Positions 50,573-60,793 of a DNA stretch of 64,000 nt are shown in pieces. The translations under genes were made by a program, and so were the position numbers. Location: the NCBI GenBank assembly GCA_023415275.1, contig JAEZLJ010000164.1, forward strand, positions 3,263 through 67,262, in the 5' to 3' direction. This DNA is from Bacteroidota bacterium. Its GTDB lineage: Bacteria > Bacteroidota > Bacteroidia > Chitinophagales > Chitinophagaceae. Within the stretch, counting starts at the first letter, position 1, and each line of letters begins with the position of its first letter. Under the pieces are notes generated by a model. That model saw only the letters and a list, made by a program, of their open reading frames with translations, searched no databases and had not been told where the DNA came from.

Positions 50573-51007
50573 ATGAAAAAGATCATCCTCTTACTCACCT
50601 TTCTTTTTACCCTGTTCATTAGCCCATCCATAGCTCAAAAGCCTGCATTGAATCATATTGCTCATTATATATACGACCTGCAAAGAAGCACTGCTTTTTA
50701 TACCCAGGTGATAGGACTGGATACCATTCCTGAACCATTTCATGACGGCAAACATACCTGGCTCTCTATCGGCGACAAGACGCACCTGCACCTGATCCAG
50801 GGAGCCGGTAAGCCCGAAACCCATGATAAGAACAGCCATATTTGCTTTACAGTAGCTTCCGTGGAGCAGTTCATTAAAACCTTAAAGCATGAAGGGATAG
50901 CTTTTGAAGACTGGGCAGGCACACCAGGTGCCATCACTCATAGGGTGGATGGGGTGCTGCAGATCTACTTTAAGGATCCGGACGGCTATTTGGATAGAAG
51001 TAAATGA
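50573..51007 (+). CDS. VOC (glyoxalase/bleomycin-resistance/dioxygenase) family protein with signal peptide
   Basis: It has LNHIAHYIYDLQRSTAFY, HLHLIQG, HICF and YFKDPDGY. Confidence 0.8.
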   Translation: MKKIILLLTFLFTLFISPSIAQKPALNHIAHYIYDLQRSTAFYTQVIGLDTIPEPFHDGKHTWLSIGDKTHLHLIQGAGKPETHDKNSHICFTVASVEQFIKTLKHEGIAFEDWAGTPGAITHRVDGVLQIYFKDPDGYLDRSK

Positions 51008-51073
51008 CGCCAGACAATAAGGATTCTTCTCTTTACGCTTTCCTCTTATCTTTGCAGCCCTCAATAATGATCT

Positions 51074-51727
51074 ATGAAATTTTATAATATACTGATAAAA
51101 TACCGCCTGTACATTGGACTGGTGCTGATAGTGGCGGGACTGGCTATGAACCTGACCATCAGTGGCTTCTGGCCCGTATTTCCCTTATACCTGGTAGGAT
51201 TGATTCTGATTGCCGGGCATTTTTTCTTTGGCCCGTTGCGCCTGATACAGGAGCATATGGAAAGCGGGAATATGGAAGAAGCAGAAAAAGTGATCAACTC
51301 CATCCAGTTTCCCAACCTGCTTTATAAGCCCATTCGGTCGGTGTATTATACCCTGAAAGGAAATATTGCCATGATGAAGCAGGACTTCGATTCGGCAGAA
51401 ACCAATATGAAGAAAGGCCTTGACCTGGGCATGCCCATGAAGGAGGCTGAAGGCGCCAGCATGCTGCAAATGGGAATGCTGGCCATGCAAAAGAATGATA
51501 TGAGAGGCGCGGAAAGTTATATTCGCCAGGCGCTTCGTAAAGGCCTGCCCGATAAAGAGAACCATGCTGCCGCCTACCTGCAGATGTGCAGCCTGATGAT
51601 GAATAAAAGGGAATTCAGGGCAGCTAAAGACTTTTTCAGGAAAGCCAAGGCCCTGAAGCCTACGACCCCTCAGATCGTTGACCAGATCAAGCAAATAGAA
51701 AAGTACATATCAAGGATTCCGGGATAA
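51074..51727 (+). CDS. Membrane-anchored TPR-like protein
   Basis: Two N-terminal TM segments are followed by helical repeats with TPR-like A/G/Y spacing. Confidence 0.6.
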   Translation: MKFYNILIKYRLYIGLVLIVAGLAMNLTISGFWPVFPLYLVGLILIAGHFFFGPLRLIQEHMESGNMEEAEKVINSIQFPNLLYKPIRSVYYTLKGNIAMMKQDFDSAETNMKKGLDLGMPMKEAEGASMLQMGMLAMQKNDMRGAESYIRQALRKGLPDKENHAAAYLQMCSLMMNKREFRAAKDFFRKAKALKPTTPQIVDQIKQIEKYISRIPG

Positions 51728-52347
51728 TGAGTCAGCCCACAGGAAAAATAGATACTATAATATTCGACCTGGGAAATGTTTTAGTGGACTGGAGCCCCAC
51801 TTATCTCTTTGATAAACTGTTTCATAAGAAAGAAGAACGAGACTATTTTCTTGAAAACATATGCACGCCCGAATGGCATAATGCACAAGATGCAGGTCGT
51901 TCGCCGGCTGAAGCCACTGAAGAGAAAGTAAAGGAACACCCGGAATGGGAGCATGCCATTAAGGCTTTTTATGCAAGATGGAAAGAAATGTTCATGGGCC
52001 CCATTGAGGGGTCTGTACAAATTCTGCAGGAATTAAAAATGAAAGGCTATCAACTGTATGCCCTTACCAACTGGAATGCTGAACTGTTCAATCAATCACT
52101 GGATGATTTTCCCTTCCTGCAATGGTTTGATGGAAAGATAGTGAGCGGGGCCGTGAAAAAGACCAAGCCTGGAAAAGATATTTACCTGCATCTGTTGGAT
52201 AAATACCATATCATTCCCTCCCAGGCATTATTCATAGATGATAAAAAAGAAAACATTGAAACAGCCGAAAAGCTGGGCATCAAAGGAATTCATTTCATCG
52301 ATCCTGTACAACTAAGAAAAGAACTGGAACAACTCGGTATTTTATAA
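51727..52347 (+). CDS. HAD family hydrolase (subfamily IA-like)
   Basis: It has the DxG nucleophile motif IIFDLGNV, plus LTNW, K-P and FIDD motifs. Its ATG overlaps the preceding TAA by 1 nt. Confidence 0.85.
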   Translation: MSQPTGKIDTIIFDLGNVLVDWSPTYLFDKLFHKKEERDYFLENICTPEWHNAQDAGRSPAEATEEKVKEHPEWEHAIKAFYARWKEMFMGPIEGSVQILQELKMKGYQLYALTNWNAELFNQSLDDFPFLQWFDGKIVSGAVKKTKPGKDIYLHLLDKYHIIPSQALFIDDKKENIETAEKLGIKGIHFIDPVQLRKELEQLGIL

Positions 52348-52358
52348 ACTTGATAAGC

Positions 52359-52970
52359 ATGCAAAGAACTGAAGCTATTGTGTTTGACCTGGGTGGCGTA
52401 TTAATAGACTGGAATCCTTCTTACTTGTTTGACAGGTTATTTGATGATGAAAGCCAGAAGAAGCATTTCTTTGAGCATATCTGCACTTCAGCATGGAACG
52501 AGGAACAGGATGCAGGAAGACCTTTACAGGAAGCAACGAACTTACTGGTAAGCCAACATCCCGAATGGCGACCTTATATAGAAGCTTATTATGGGAGGTG
52601 GGAAGAAATGCTGGGAGGGCCCATACAGGAAACGGTTGACATTTTCAGGGACCTGAAACAATCAGGAAAGTTCCGTTTATATGCATTGACCAACTGGAGC
52701 GGGGAACTGTTTCCTATTGCCCTGGAGAAATACGATTTTCTTCACTGGTTTGATGGCCGGCTGGTGAGTGGAGATGAAAAAATGCGCAAGCCATTTCCCG
52801 AATTCTACCAACTGATGCTTTCGCGGTTTGACCTTCAACCTGAAAACACCTTATTCATAGACGACAATATGCGCAATGTAAAAGCTGCAGAGGATATGGG
52901 CATTAAGGCCTTGCGTTTTGAAGGTCCTCACCAGTTAAGAAAAGAGCTGGAAACACTTGGGTTACTATAA
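52359..52970 (+). CDS. HAD family hydrolase, tandem paralog
   Basis: It has the same motif set and nearly the same length as the preceding gene (IVFDLGGV, LTNW, FIDD). Confidence 0.85.
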   Translation: MQRTEAIVFDLGGVLIDWNPSYLFDRLFDDESQKKHFFEHICTSAWNEEQDAGRPLQEATNLLVSQHPEWRPYIEAYYGRWEEMLGGPIQETVDIFRDLKQSGKFRLYALTNWSGELFPIALEKYDFLHWFDGRLVSGDEKMRKPFPEFYQLMLSRFDLQPENTLFIDDNMRNVKAAEDMGIKALRFEGPHQLRKELETLGLL

Positions 52971-53000
52971 AGAACCTAATATCTTACGCGAAAGTTTAGT

Positions 53001-54197
53001 ATGACCAGGATCTTGTGCCTGCTGCTGTTGCTTAATTGCACTTCCTGCTATATGATTCGCGCCTATAAGGTGCGGAAGTTCCAGTTGACAGACCCGCAAC
53101 GCATGCCCTATGTAAGTATACCTGCCTCCACCATTCCTTATCGATTTAAAAATGACTCTACTGATGACAGGTATAAGGACATCAAAAGCTACCTCGATTC
53201 CACACTACCCAGGTCATTAACAGCAGCCTTCCTGGTAATAAAGAATGACAGTATCATTTATGAACGATATTTTAACGGTTTTACACAGGACTCAAAACTG
53301 CCTTCTTTTTCAGTAGCCAAATCATTTGTAAGTACACTGATCTCTGTGGCACTGATGGAAGGAAAGATCAGTTCTTTGCAGGATCCCATTACAAAATATC
53401 TACCCGAGCTTATTGAGACCGACAGCCGTTATGAAAGAATTACGCTGCAGCACCTGCTGGATATGAAAAGCGGCCTGCATTTCAATGAAGGCTCCTATGG
53501 ATTGCATGATGATGCTATCAAGCTGGGTTTTAGGCCCAACCTATACAAGCATGTATTAAAAGTAAAAATTGAAAAGGAGCCGGGAAAGGAATTCAAGTAC
53601 CAAAGTATCAATACGGAACTGCTGGCATTGGCCCTGGAAAAAGCAACCGGTAAAAAGATCTCCACCTACCTGCAGGAAAAGATCTGGCAGCCCCTGGGTG
53701 CTGAATTTGAAGCCAACTGGAATGTGGACAGTAAAAAGCATAAGCAGGAAATAGCTTTTGCAGGATTGAATGCTGCTGCCAGGGATTTTGCCAAGCTGGG
53801 GCAATTATATTTAAACAAAGGCACCTGGCGGGGAAAGCAGGTACTGACTCCTGCCTGGGTAAGCACAGTAAACAATGTGGATAGCATGGAAAAGGCCGCA
53901 GGATATAAGAATCAATGGTGGAGCGAATTAATCAACGTTTACTTCCAGGATTCTTTGTCTGCTGACCGTTTTCGCAGGATAACTCCACATTCAGACCAGG
54001 TAAACAAAACAGCAAGAGGCTACCAGGTTCGCTACCGCACCGATGCTTTTAATGCTGAAGGCATTCTCAACCAATTCATTTATATCAAACCTAAAAGCAA
54101 TATAGTGATCGTAAGACTGGGAAGGAATTGGTACCATCCCAACATGTACGCCAGTCAATATATTTACAACCTTGGAGAAAGACTATCCTCATTCTAA
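53001..54197 (+). CDS. Serine hydrolase (beta-lactamase/PBP4-like family)
   Basis: It has the SxxK motif SVAKSF and a beta-lactamase-fold context ([19 protein letters not shown]). Confidence 0.85.
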   Translation: MTRILCLLLLLNCTSCYMIRAYKVRKFQLTDPQRMPYVSIPASTIPYRFKNDSTDDRYKDIKSYLDSTLPRSLTAAFLVIKNDSIIYERYFNGFTQDSKLPSFSVAKSFVSTLISVALMEGKISSLQDPITKYLPELIETDSRYERITLQHLLDMKSGLHFNEGSYGLHDDAIKLGFRPNLYKHVLKVKIEKEPGKEFKYQSINTELLALALEKATGKKISTYLQEKIWQPLGAEFEANWNVDSKKHKQEIAFAGLNAAARDFAKLGQLYLNKGTWRGKQVLTPAWVSTVNNVDSMEKAAGYKNQWWSELINVYFQDSLSADRFRRITPHSDQVNKTARGYQVRYRTDAFNAEGILNQFIYIKPKSNIVIVRLGRNWYHPNMYASQYIYNLGERLSSF

Positions 54198-56894
54198 CAC
54201 AGGACGCAACCATCTTTCAGCTTCTTCCAGGCTCATGCTTTTACGATTGGCATAGTCTTCCAGTTGGTCCCTGCCAATCTTGCCCAATCCAAAATAATGG
54301 CTTTGGGGGTGTGCAAAATACCAACCGCAAACAGAAGCCGGTGGATCCATAGCCAGGCTTTCTGTCAATGTGATACCTGCATTTTCGGTAGCATTCAGTA
54401 GTTCAAACAGTTTCCACTTCTCTGTATGATCTGGGCATGCAGGGTAACCAGGTGCAGGTCTGATGCCTTTATATTGCTCTTTGATCAGCTGCTCACTGGT
54501 CAGTGCTTCATTTTTTTCATATCCCCAATATTCCTTGCGCACCTGCTCATGCAGGCATTCTGCAAAGGCTTCCACGAAACGGTCGGCCAATATCTGCACC
54601 AGGATCTTATTGTACTCATCGTGCTGGGATATGAAACGGTCAATATGCTTTTTGGCGCCATGAATAGAGACGGCAAAGGCTCCCATGTAATCATCACCTT
54701 TGGGAGAAACAAAATCTGCCAGTGAATAACTGGGTTGGCCAGCCGCTTTTTTAGATTGCTGCCGAAGCGATTCCAGATTTACTGTGCCCTTATCAGTATG
54801 CAGTGTAATGGTATCCCTGTTATTGCTGGAAGCAGGCCAAAAGCCTATTACGCCATTAGCTGTAAACCATTTCTCTGCAATGATCTGGTCTACCATTTTC
54901 AATGCATCATTGTACAACCGGGTAGCTTCCTTTCCATATCTTTCATCCGATAATACTTCGGGAAATCTTCCAGGCATTTCCCAACCAATAAAGAATGGCC
55001 CCCAGTCAATGTACCGTGCAATGGAGGCAAGATCATAATCCTGCAACACCTTAACGCCTTCTACTTCAGGTTTCACAGGCTGGTAATTATCCCAGTCCAG
55101 TATTTCCTTATTGGCTACTGACTGTTCATAAGGTATCAATACCTTATTCTTTTGCTTATTCAAAAACTGCTGGCGCAATGCATCATATTCAATACCTGTC
55201 TGCTGAAGGAAGCCTTCCTTATTTTCTTTGCTGAGCAGGTTACTGACCACGGTCACACTTCTTGATGCATCCAGCACATATACCACACCCTGCTCATACT
55301 CAGGTGCGATCTTCACAGCGGTATGCGTACGGGAGGTAGTGGCACCGCCAATGAGCAATGGCTGCTTCATATTCCGGCGCTTCATTTCCCTGGCCACATG
55401 CACCATTTCATCCAGCGAAGGCGTAATCAATCCACTTAGTCCTATCACATCCACATTTTCCTTTTCTGCGGTATCCAGTATTTTATCTGCAGGCACCATT
55501 ACACCCATGTCAATGACATCGTAGCCATTGCACCCCAATACCACTCCCACAATATTTTTTCCAATGTCATGCACATCACCTTTCACAGTGGCCATCAGCA
55601 CTTTGGCTGCACCGGCAGTTTCCATTGCACTGGTGCCGGCAGCTTGATGCGCTTTCATCCTTTCTTCTTTTTCTGCTTCGATATAAGGCGTGAGTATGGC
55701 CACAGATTTTTTCATAACCCTGGCACTTTTCACTACCTGCGGGAGGAACATTTTACCACTGCCAAACAGATCACCTACTACGTCCATACCAGCCATCAGG
55801 GGACCTTCGATCACATCCAGTGGCTTTGGATATTTGGTTCTTGCTTCTTCTGTATCAGCATCTATATAATCGGTGATACCATTCACCAGGGCATGCTTCA
55901 GTCGTTCTTCCACCGTAGTATTTCGCCAACTCTCATCTTTTGCTTCTCCTTCCCTGCCTTTGGCTTTTACTGTCTCGGCAAAGTTTACAAGTCTTTCGGT
56001 AGCATCCGGCCTGCGGTTCAGGATCACATCTTCACACAATTCCCTCAACTGTGGTTCTATTTCATCATACACCACCAGCTGCCCGGCATTGACAATTCCC
56101 ATATCCAGACCAGCCCTGATGGCATGATACAGGAATACAGCATGAATAGCTTCCCGCACATGATCGTTGCCCCTGAATGAAAAAGACACATTGCTTACGC
56201 CCCCACTCACCTTAACCAAGGGCATACGTTGCTTGATGATACGTGTGGCCTCTATAAAATCAACTGCGTAATTATTATGTTCTTCTATGCCGGTGGCAAT
56301 GGCAAAGATGTTGGGATCAAAGATGATATCCTGAGGCTCAAACCCCACCTGCTCTGTCAGGATCTTATAGGCTTTCTCACAAATAGATACTCTCCTTTCC
56401 AGGGTATCGGCCTGGCCCTGCTCATCAAAAGCCATCACCACTACAGCCGCACCATAGGCCTGGCAAATAAAAGCCTGTTCAATGAACTTAGCCTCCCCTT
56501 CCTTCATGGAAATGGAGTTAACAATACATTTTCCCTGCACGCATTTCAAGCCTGCTTCAATGATCTCAAACTTGGAAGAATCGATCATGATAGGGATCTT
56601 AGCGATATCCGGCTCTGCCTGCAACAGGTTGAGGAAAGTGGTCATGGCCTTTACTCCATCCAGTAAGGCATCATCCATGTTCACATCCAGCACCTGGGCC
56701 CCGTTCTCCACCTGCTGTCGGGCCACGCTGAGCGCCTCCTCATATTTATTTTCACGTACCAGCCGGGCAAACTTTTTAGATCCCGTTACATTAGTGCGCT
56801 CACCTACATTGATAAAATTGGATTCTGGGCGGATGGTCAACGGCTCCAACCCGGATAGTTTCAGATAAGGCTTGATCGTATTTCGTTCAGTCAT
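54189..56894 (-). CDS. metH: Methionine synthase, C-terminal part (pterin-binding, B12-binding and AdoMet-activation domains)
   Basis: It has LKLSGLEPL...[11 protein letters not shown] (start of the pterin domain), [10 protein letters not shown] (the DxHxxG B12 motif), and the activation domain [12 protein letters not shown]. The ATG at 56894 is preferred over the GTG at 56912. Confidence 0.9.
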   Translation of the reverse strand: MTERNTIKPYLKLSGLEPLTIRPESNFINVGERTNVTGSKKFARLVRENKYEEALSVARQQVENGAQVLDVNMDDALLDGVKAMTTFLNLLQAEPDIAKIPIMIDSSKFEIIEAGLKCVQGKCIVNSISMKEGEAKFIEQAFICQAYGAAVVVMAFDEQGQADTLERRVSICEKAYKILTEQVGFEPQDIIFDPNIFAIATGIEEHNNYAVDFIEATRIIKQRMPLVKVSGGVSNVSFSFRGNDHVREAIHAVFLYHAIRAGLDMGIVNAGQLVVYDEIEPQLRELCEDVILNRRPDATERLVNFAETVKAKGREGEAKDESWRNTTVEERLKHALVNGITDYIDADTEEARTKYPKPLDVIEGPLMAGMDVVGDLFGSGKMFLPQVVKSARVMKKSVAILTPYIEAEKEERMKAHQAAGTSAMETAGAAKVLMATVKGDVHDIGKNIVGVVLGCNGYDVIDMGVMVPADKILDTAEKENVDVIGLSGLITPSLDEMVHVAREMKRRNMKQPLLIGGATTSRTHTAVKIAPEYEQGVVYVLDASRSVTVVSNLLSKENKEGFLQQTGIEYDALRQQFLNKQKNKVLIPYEQSVANKEILDWDNYQPVKPEVEGVKVLQDYDLASIARYIDWGPFFIGWEMPGRFPEVLSDERYGKEATRLYNDALKMVDQIIAEKWFTANGVIGFWPASSNNRDTITLHTDKGTVNLESLRQQSKKAAGQPSYSLADFVSPKGDDYMGAFAVSIHGAKKHIDRFISQHDEYNKILVQILADRFVEAFAECLHEQVRKEYWGYEKNEALTSEQLIKEQYKGIRPAPGYPACPDHTEKWKLFELLNATENAGITLTESLAMDPPASVCGWYFAHPQSHYFGLGKIGRDQLEDYANRKSMSLEEAERWLRPVLE

Positions 56895-56905
56895 ATTAAT
56901 AAATT

Positions 56906-57370
56906 GAACCACGGAGGCACAAAGGCACAGAGTGGCACAGCGATTATAAAATCATTCGTTTAATACCATTCTTTATTAATGGTACATGGAAATTTATAAG
57001 ATATCCCAGTCGTTTGTTAGTTAATTTAAGATAACTGAGCATTTGAGCTTGCCAAACATGATGAGTATCTTCCTGGGCTTTTAATTCAAGTATGATAAGA
57101 TCCTCAACCATTATGTCAATTCTCAATCCATCAGCAATGACAAGATTATTATATTTAATTTCTACAGATTGTTGCCTGGTGTAAGCAATATTTCTTACAT
57201 CCAATTCATGGCAAAAACATTTTTCATAGATACTCTCTAACAACCCTGGTCCTAATGCTTTATGAATATGAAAAGCAATATCAACAACCTGCTCTGCCAG
57301 CCATTGTTCTCTTGTTGTTAGAGGATCAAAATGCTCTGTGTAAATCTGTGTCATTGTGTCTCTGTGGTTC
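56906..57370 (-). mobile_element. Putative inverted-repeat-flanked GxxExxY cassette between the metH halves
   Basis: Arms of 37/38 nt at 56906-42 and 57333-70 are inverted copies with 29 of 37 positions identical. They bracket a single ORF. Mobility itself is not demonstrated. Confidence 0.4.
56944..57354 (-). CDS. GxxExxY protein (PDDEXK_3 nuclease-fold family)
   Basis: It has [17 protein letters not shown] (the G-x-x-E-x-x-Y motif), then [14 protein letters not shown] (D...E-x-K nuclease-like core) and GYLINF. It starts at ATG 57354 or TTG 57372. Confidence 0.8.
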   Translation of the reverse strand: MTQIYTEHFDPLTTREQWLAEQVVDIAFHIHKALGPGLLESIYEKCFCHELDVRNIAYTRQQSVEIKYNNLVIADGLRIDIMVEDLIILELKAQEDTHHVWQAQMLSYLKLTNKRLGYLINFHVPLIKNGIKRMIL

Positions 57371-57375
57371 AAAAT

Positions 57376-58383
57376 TTACGATAGTTCCTTTTCGAGCATA
57401 GGTAAGGGACGGGGTTGGATTTGGCGCACGTGTTCCGCGATGTGCCTGATATGGTCGGGGGTGGTGCCGCAGCACCCACCTACAATGTTTACAAATCCGG
57501 CTTCGGCCCAGTCTTCAATGAAGTGAGCCGTTTCCTCAGGTTGCTCATCATATTCACCCATGGCATTGGGAAGTCCTGCATTCGGGTACGCCGAAGTATA
57601 ACATTCAGCTAACTGGCTCAATTCCTCTATATGGGGCCGCATTTCTTTGGCACCCAGGGCACAATTCAATCCTACGCTTAATGGGTGGGCATGCCTAATA
57701 GAAGCATAGAAAGCTTCCAAAGTTTGTCCACTCAGTGTTCTGCCTGAAGCATCGGTAATAGTGCCACTGATCATGATAGGCAGCTCCTTTTGATTGACAT
57801 CCCTGAAGTATTTTTTGATGGCAAAGATGGCAGCCTTGGCATTCAGCGTATCGAAAATGGTCTCTATCAATAACAGATCCACGCCACCATCCACTAAACC
57901 TTTTACCTGTTCATAATAAGCCTCTGCGGCTTCATCAAAGGTCAATGCCCTGTATCCGGGATTGTTTACATCAGGAGACAGCGATAATGTTTTATTTAAG
58001 GGACCAATGGCACCTGCCACGAATTTTTCCTCACCCGAACCTACCAGCAGGGTGGCTTCCTTGGCAATCTTCGCTGCGGCCACATTGATCTCATAGGCCA
58101 GGTCCTGCATGCCATAATCGGCAAGCGACACCTTGTTGGCATTGAAGGTATTGGTCTCTATGATATCGGCTCCGGCCTCCAGATAATGCCCATGGATCTC
58201 CCGGATAATATGAGGTTGGGTAAGACAAAGCAGGTCATTATTACCTTTCACATCACTAGGCCAGTTTTTAAAACGCTCTCCCCGGTAGTCTTCTTCCTTG
58301 AGATGATAGCGTTGTATCATGGTGCCCATGGCGCCGTCAATGATCAGAATGCGATGATTCAAAAGCTCACGGATATCTTTCAT
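57376..58383 (-). CDS. metH: Homocysteine S-methyltransferase domain protein (N-terminal module of split MetH)
   Basis: It has [10 protein letters not shown], the zinc-ligand contexts LNCALG and [10 protein letters not shown], and about 335 aa matching the MetH Hcy-binding module. Confidence 0.9.
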   Translation of the reverse strand: MKDIRELLNHRILIIDGAMGTMIQRYHLKEEDYRGERFKNWPSDVKGNNDLLCLTQPHIIREIHGHYLEAGADIIETNTFNANKVSLADYGMQDLAYEINVAAAKIAKEATLLVGSGEEKFVAGAIGPLNKTLSLSPDVNNPGYRALTFDEAAEAYYEQVKGLVDGGVDLLLIETIFDTLNAKAAIFAIKKYFRDVNQKELPIMISGTITDASGRTLSGQTLEAFYASIRHAHPLSVGLNCALGAKEMRPHIEELSQLAECYTSAYPNAGLPNAMGEYDEQPEETAHFIEDWAEAGFVNIVGGCCGTTPDHIRHIAEHVRQIQPRPLPMLEKELS

Positions 58384-58591
58384 AATAATTCGTTTAGACA
58401 AAATAGCGAACCTGGATATGGCTGAAGGCTGGTGATGCTAATAAACGAGGAATCCCTGGAGTGTGAGTTTCTACGTTTATTAGTTCTGTTGAGGCCGAAC
58501 AATAAACAAATCCGCCTGCGAGGCACAAATGTAAAAAATATAAACGGGAATGGTAAAAAGATTACAACTGGCAACCTATCAATAAGGAAAA

Positions 58592-59209
58592 TCAACGGCT
58601 GGAAACATAGCTGTCCACTGGCAACCTGTTTTGAAGGCTGCGTGCCAGTGTCATTTCATCGGCATATTCCAGTTCTCCGCCAAAGGCAATACCCCGGGCG
58701 ATGGTAGTGACCCTGGTAGAAGCCGGCAGTTTCTTTTGAATGTAATAAATAGTAGTGTCGCCCTGGATGGTAGGACTAAGTGCAAATATGACTTCAAGAG
58801 TTTCTTCCTTATGCACCCTGTTCACCAGTGTTTCAATATTCAACTGGTTAGGGCCCACACCATCAAGCGGGGAAATGACACCACCCAACACATGGTAGGT
58901 GCCGCTGAATTGCTGGGTACTTTCCAGGGCTATCACATCCCTGATGTTCTCTACCACGCAAATCACATCCTGTTTGCGCATGCTGTTGGCACAGATGGAA
59001 CAGATATCTGCATCTGCCACATTATGACAACGCTGGCAAAACCTGATCTCTGTACGCATCCGGCTCATGACCTCACTGAAATGCTGCACATCTTCTGCAT
59101 CTTCCTTCAACAAATGCAGCACTAAACGCAGTGCTGTTTTTTTGCCAATACCGGGAAGTTTTGAAAACTCATTGACCGCATTTTCTAAGAGAGCAGAAGA
59201 GAATTGCAT
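58592..59209 (-). CDS. recR: Recombination protein RecR
   Basis: It has LPGIGKKTALRL (HhH), the zinc finger CQRCHN...CSIC, and a Toprim domain (VVENIRDV). Confidence 0.95.
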   Translation of the reverse strand: MQFSSALLENAVNEFSKLPGIGKKTALRLVLHLLKEDAEDVQHFSEVMSRMRTEIRFCQRCHNVADADICSICANSMRKQDVICVVENIRDVIALESTQQFSGTYHVLGGVISPLDGVGPNQLNIETLVNRVHKEETLEVIFALSPTIQGDTTIYYIQKKLPASTRVTTIARGIAFGGELEYADEMTLARSLQNRLPVDSYVSSR

Positions 59210-59308
59210 AAGTGATAAAGGTACAAAAAAGGCTGCTGCGGAGGGGTAAAAAATGACTTTCGACCCTTCAAATTGTTGTTAAGAAATTGGCTATCCAATG
59301 CCTTGAAA

Positions 59309-60706
59309 TCACAGCCCGGGCCCGCGTTCAAATTCATTATCCCAGTTGGGTTTGATGGTTACTTTCTGACCTGCGGGTATTACCAGTTCTGGCTGCTTTT
59401 TGGTTCCGAAGAACTGCCCTGGATCCCATTTGCCATTGTCATTGGTATCATACAATATTCTTAGCTCGTAATCGCCGGGTACAAACTGGTTTTTACTAAA
59501 GTTGCCTGATTTTACGGAAGCGGAGTATATCACCTGGTCGTTCTGTACAAAGAGCAAAACAGGATTGCGGGCCAGGTCAATATTGCGCAACCGTATGCTG
59601 ACATTGCCGTAATCCGCCTGTGATTTGGTGAGGAAGGTAAGTGTATCTGTTTTTAATAGCTTTTTACCTGCCGAGTCGGCAGCAAAGTCTTTATCCAGCA
59701 CCAGGTTGTAGCGGGTGGCTTGCTTCCAGGGAGTATGAATGGTTAGCACTTTAGCCGAGCTATCGAGTTTTGCAGTATAAGAAACGGGATTGAAGCTGCT
59801 ATCTATAGTCAAAGCCATTTTGGTGCTGTCAAAGCTTTTCAATGCCGTACCAAAATTGATCACAAGGTCTTTATTCAGGTCCTGTTGTCCACCCGAAACT
59901 TCGGAAGTGAATATAAGGCGGTTCTCAGCCCTGGCCCGGGCCAGTGGATTGGCAGTAGTGGCTGTGGCCGGGGTCACCTCCCTGTATGCGTAAAGGGTCA
60001 GTGCTGTATCAATGGTACCAGTATGAACCGGGGAATCCGCAAAAGCAAATAACTGGGTCTTATTAATATATTTTCTCCCAGACCCGGCATCTCCTAGCGC
60101 ATAAATAGCGAATGTACCCTGGGGGAGATTATGAAAACGGAAGTTGCCCGAGGCATCCACTTTTGTTGCATACATAGGCCTTTGTTTCATAACGGCTGAA
60201 TCCTGCAGGTTTTTATGCAACACCACAATGAGGGTAGAGTCTGTCTTACCAGTTTGTGCCAGGATCACTTTACCCTTCAATTCCAAAGAATCCAATACAG
60301 GGCCTGTGGAAAATGTATAGGTAAAGTTCTTTAATACATTCCCTTCATTATAATCCCTGATGGCATTACCGAAATTGAAAATGTAAGTAGTATTGGGATC
60401 CAGTGTATCCCTGAAATGAACAGTGATGGTCTTGCCCTTGACATCTACTCTGGGGTTGTTTTGAAACAATGGGGTAAATAAGAGGTTGTTCTGCACATCC
60501 TGCAGATCCACATATTCATCAAAAGTAAAATTGATCCTGTCACCACGAAAGTTCAATGTGGAATCACGTGGGGTAGCATTTAGCAACTGGGGCGGAATAG
60601 AATCCCTGGGCCCACCCTTCGGGGGAATAATATTGGCACAGGAACCGCCAAACAAACTAGCAACGACCAGGCAAAACAATATAGCTACCGGAAATACTGA
60701 CCTCAT
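59309..60706 (-). CDS. Ig-like domain lipoprotein
   Basis: It has the lipobox GGSC, an SbsA-type Ig-like N-terminal region (PPKGGPRDSIPP) and beta-rich repeats. Confidence 0.65.
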   Translation of the reverse strand: MRSVFPVAILFCLVVASLFGGSCANIIPPKGGPRDSIPPQLLNATPRDSTLNFRGDRINFTFDEYVDLQDVQNNLLFTPLFQNNPRVDVKGKTITVHFRDTLDPNTTYIFNFGNAIRDYNEGNVLKNFTYTFSTGPVLDSLELKGKVILAQTGKTDSTLIVVLHKNLQDSAVMKQRPMYATKVDASGNFRFHNLPQGTFAIYALGDAGSGRKYINKTQLFAFADSPVHTGTIDTALTLYAYREVTPATATTANPLARARAENRLIFTSEVSGGQQDLNKDLVINFGTALKSFDSTKMALTIDSSFNPVSYTAKLDSSAKVLTIHTPWKQATRYNLVLDKDFAADSAGKKLLKTDTLTFLTKSQADYGNVSIRLRNIDLARNPVLLFVQNDQVIYSASVKSGNFSKNQFVPGDYELRILYDTNDNGKWDPGQFFGTKKQPELVIPAGQKVTIKPNWDNEFERGPGL

Positions 60707-60793
60707 TGGTAAGCAAACATAAAACCTTTCCCATGAATCATTGACTGGCTGGTACTAATAAAGCCTTAAAAGCGATCAATAAGAAGCCTGATG

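Noticed and set aside
55569-56180. A 203-aa plus-strand ORF, and several similar ORFs (54426-54725, 55228-55524, 56229-56666), lie inside metH.
   Set aside because: They are antisense to a strongly supported conserved gene. Their composition is low-complexity and His/Phe/Ser-rich, with no recognisable motifs, which is typical of shadow ORFs. The same reasoning applies to 16028-16561, 26034-26549, 22143-22595, 19179-19643, 28924-29331, 33256-33645 and 39912-40334.
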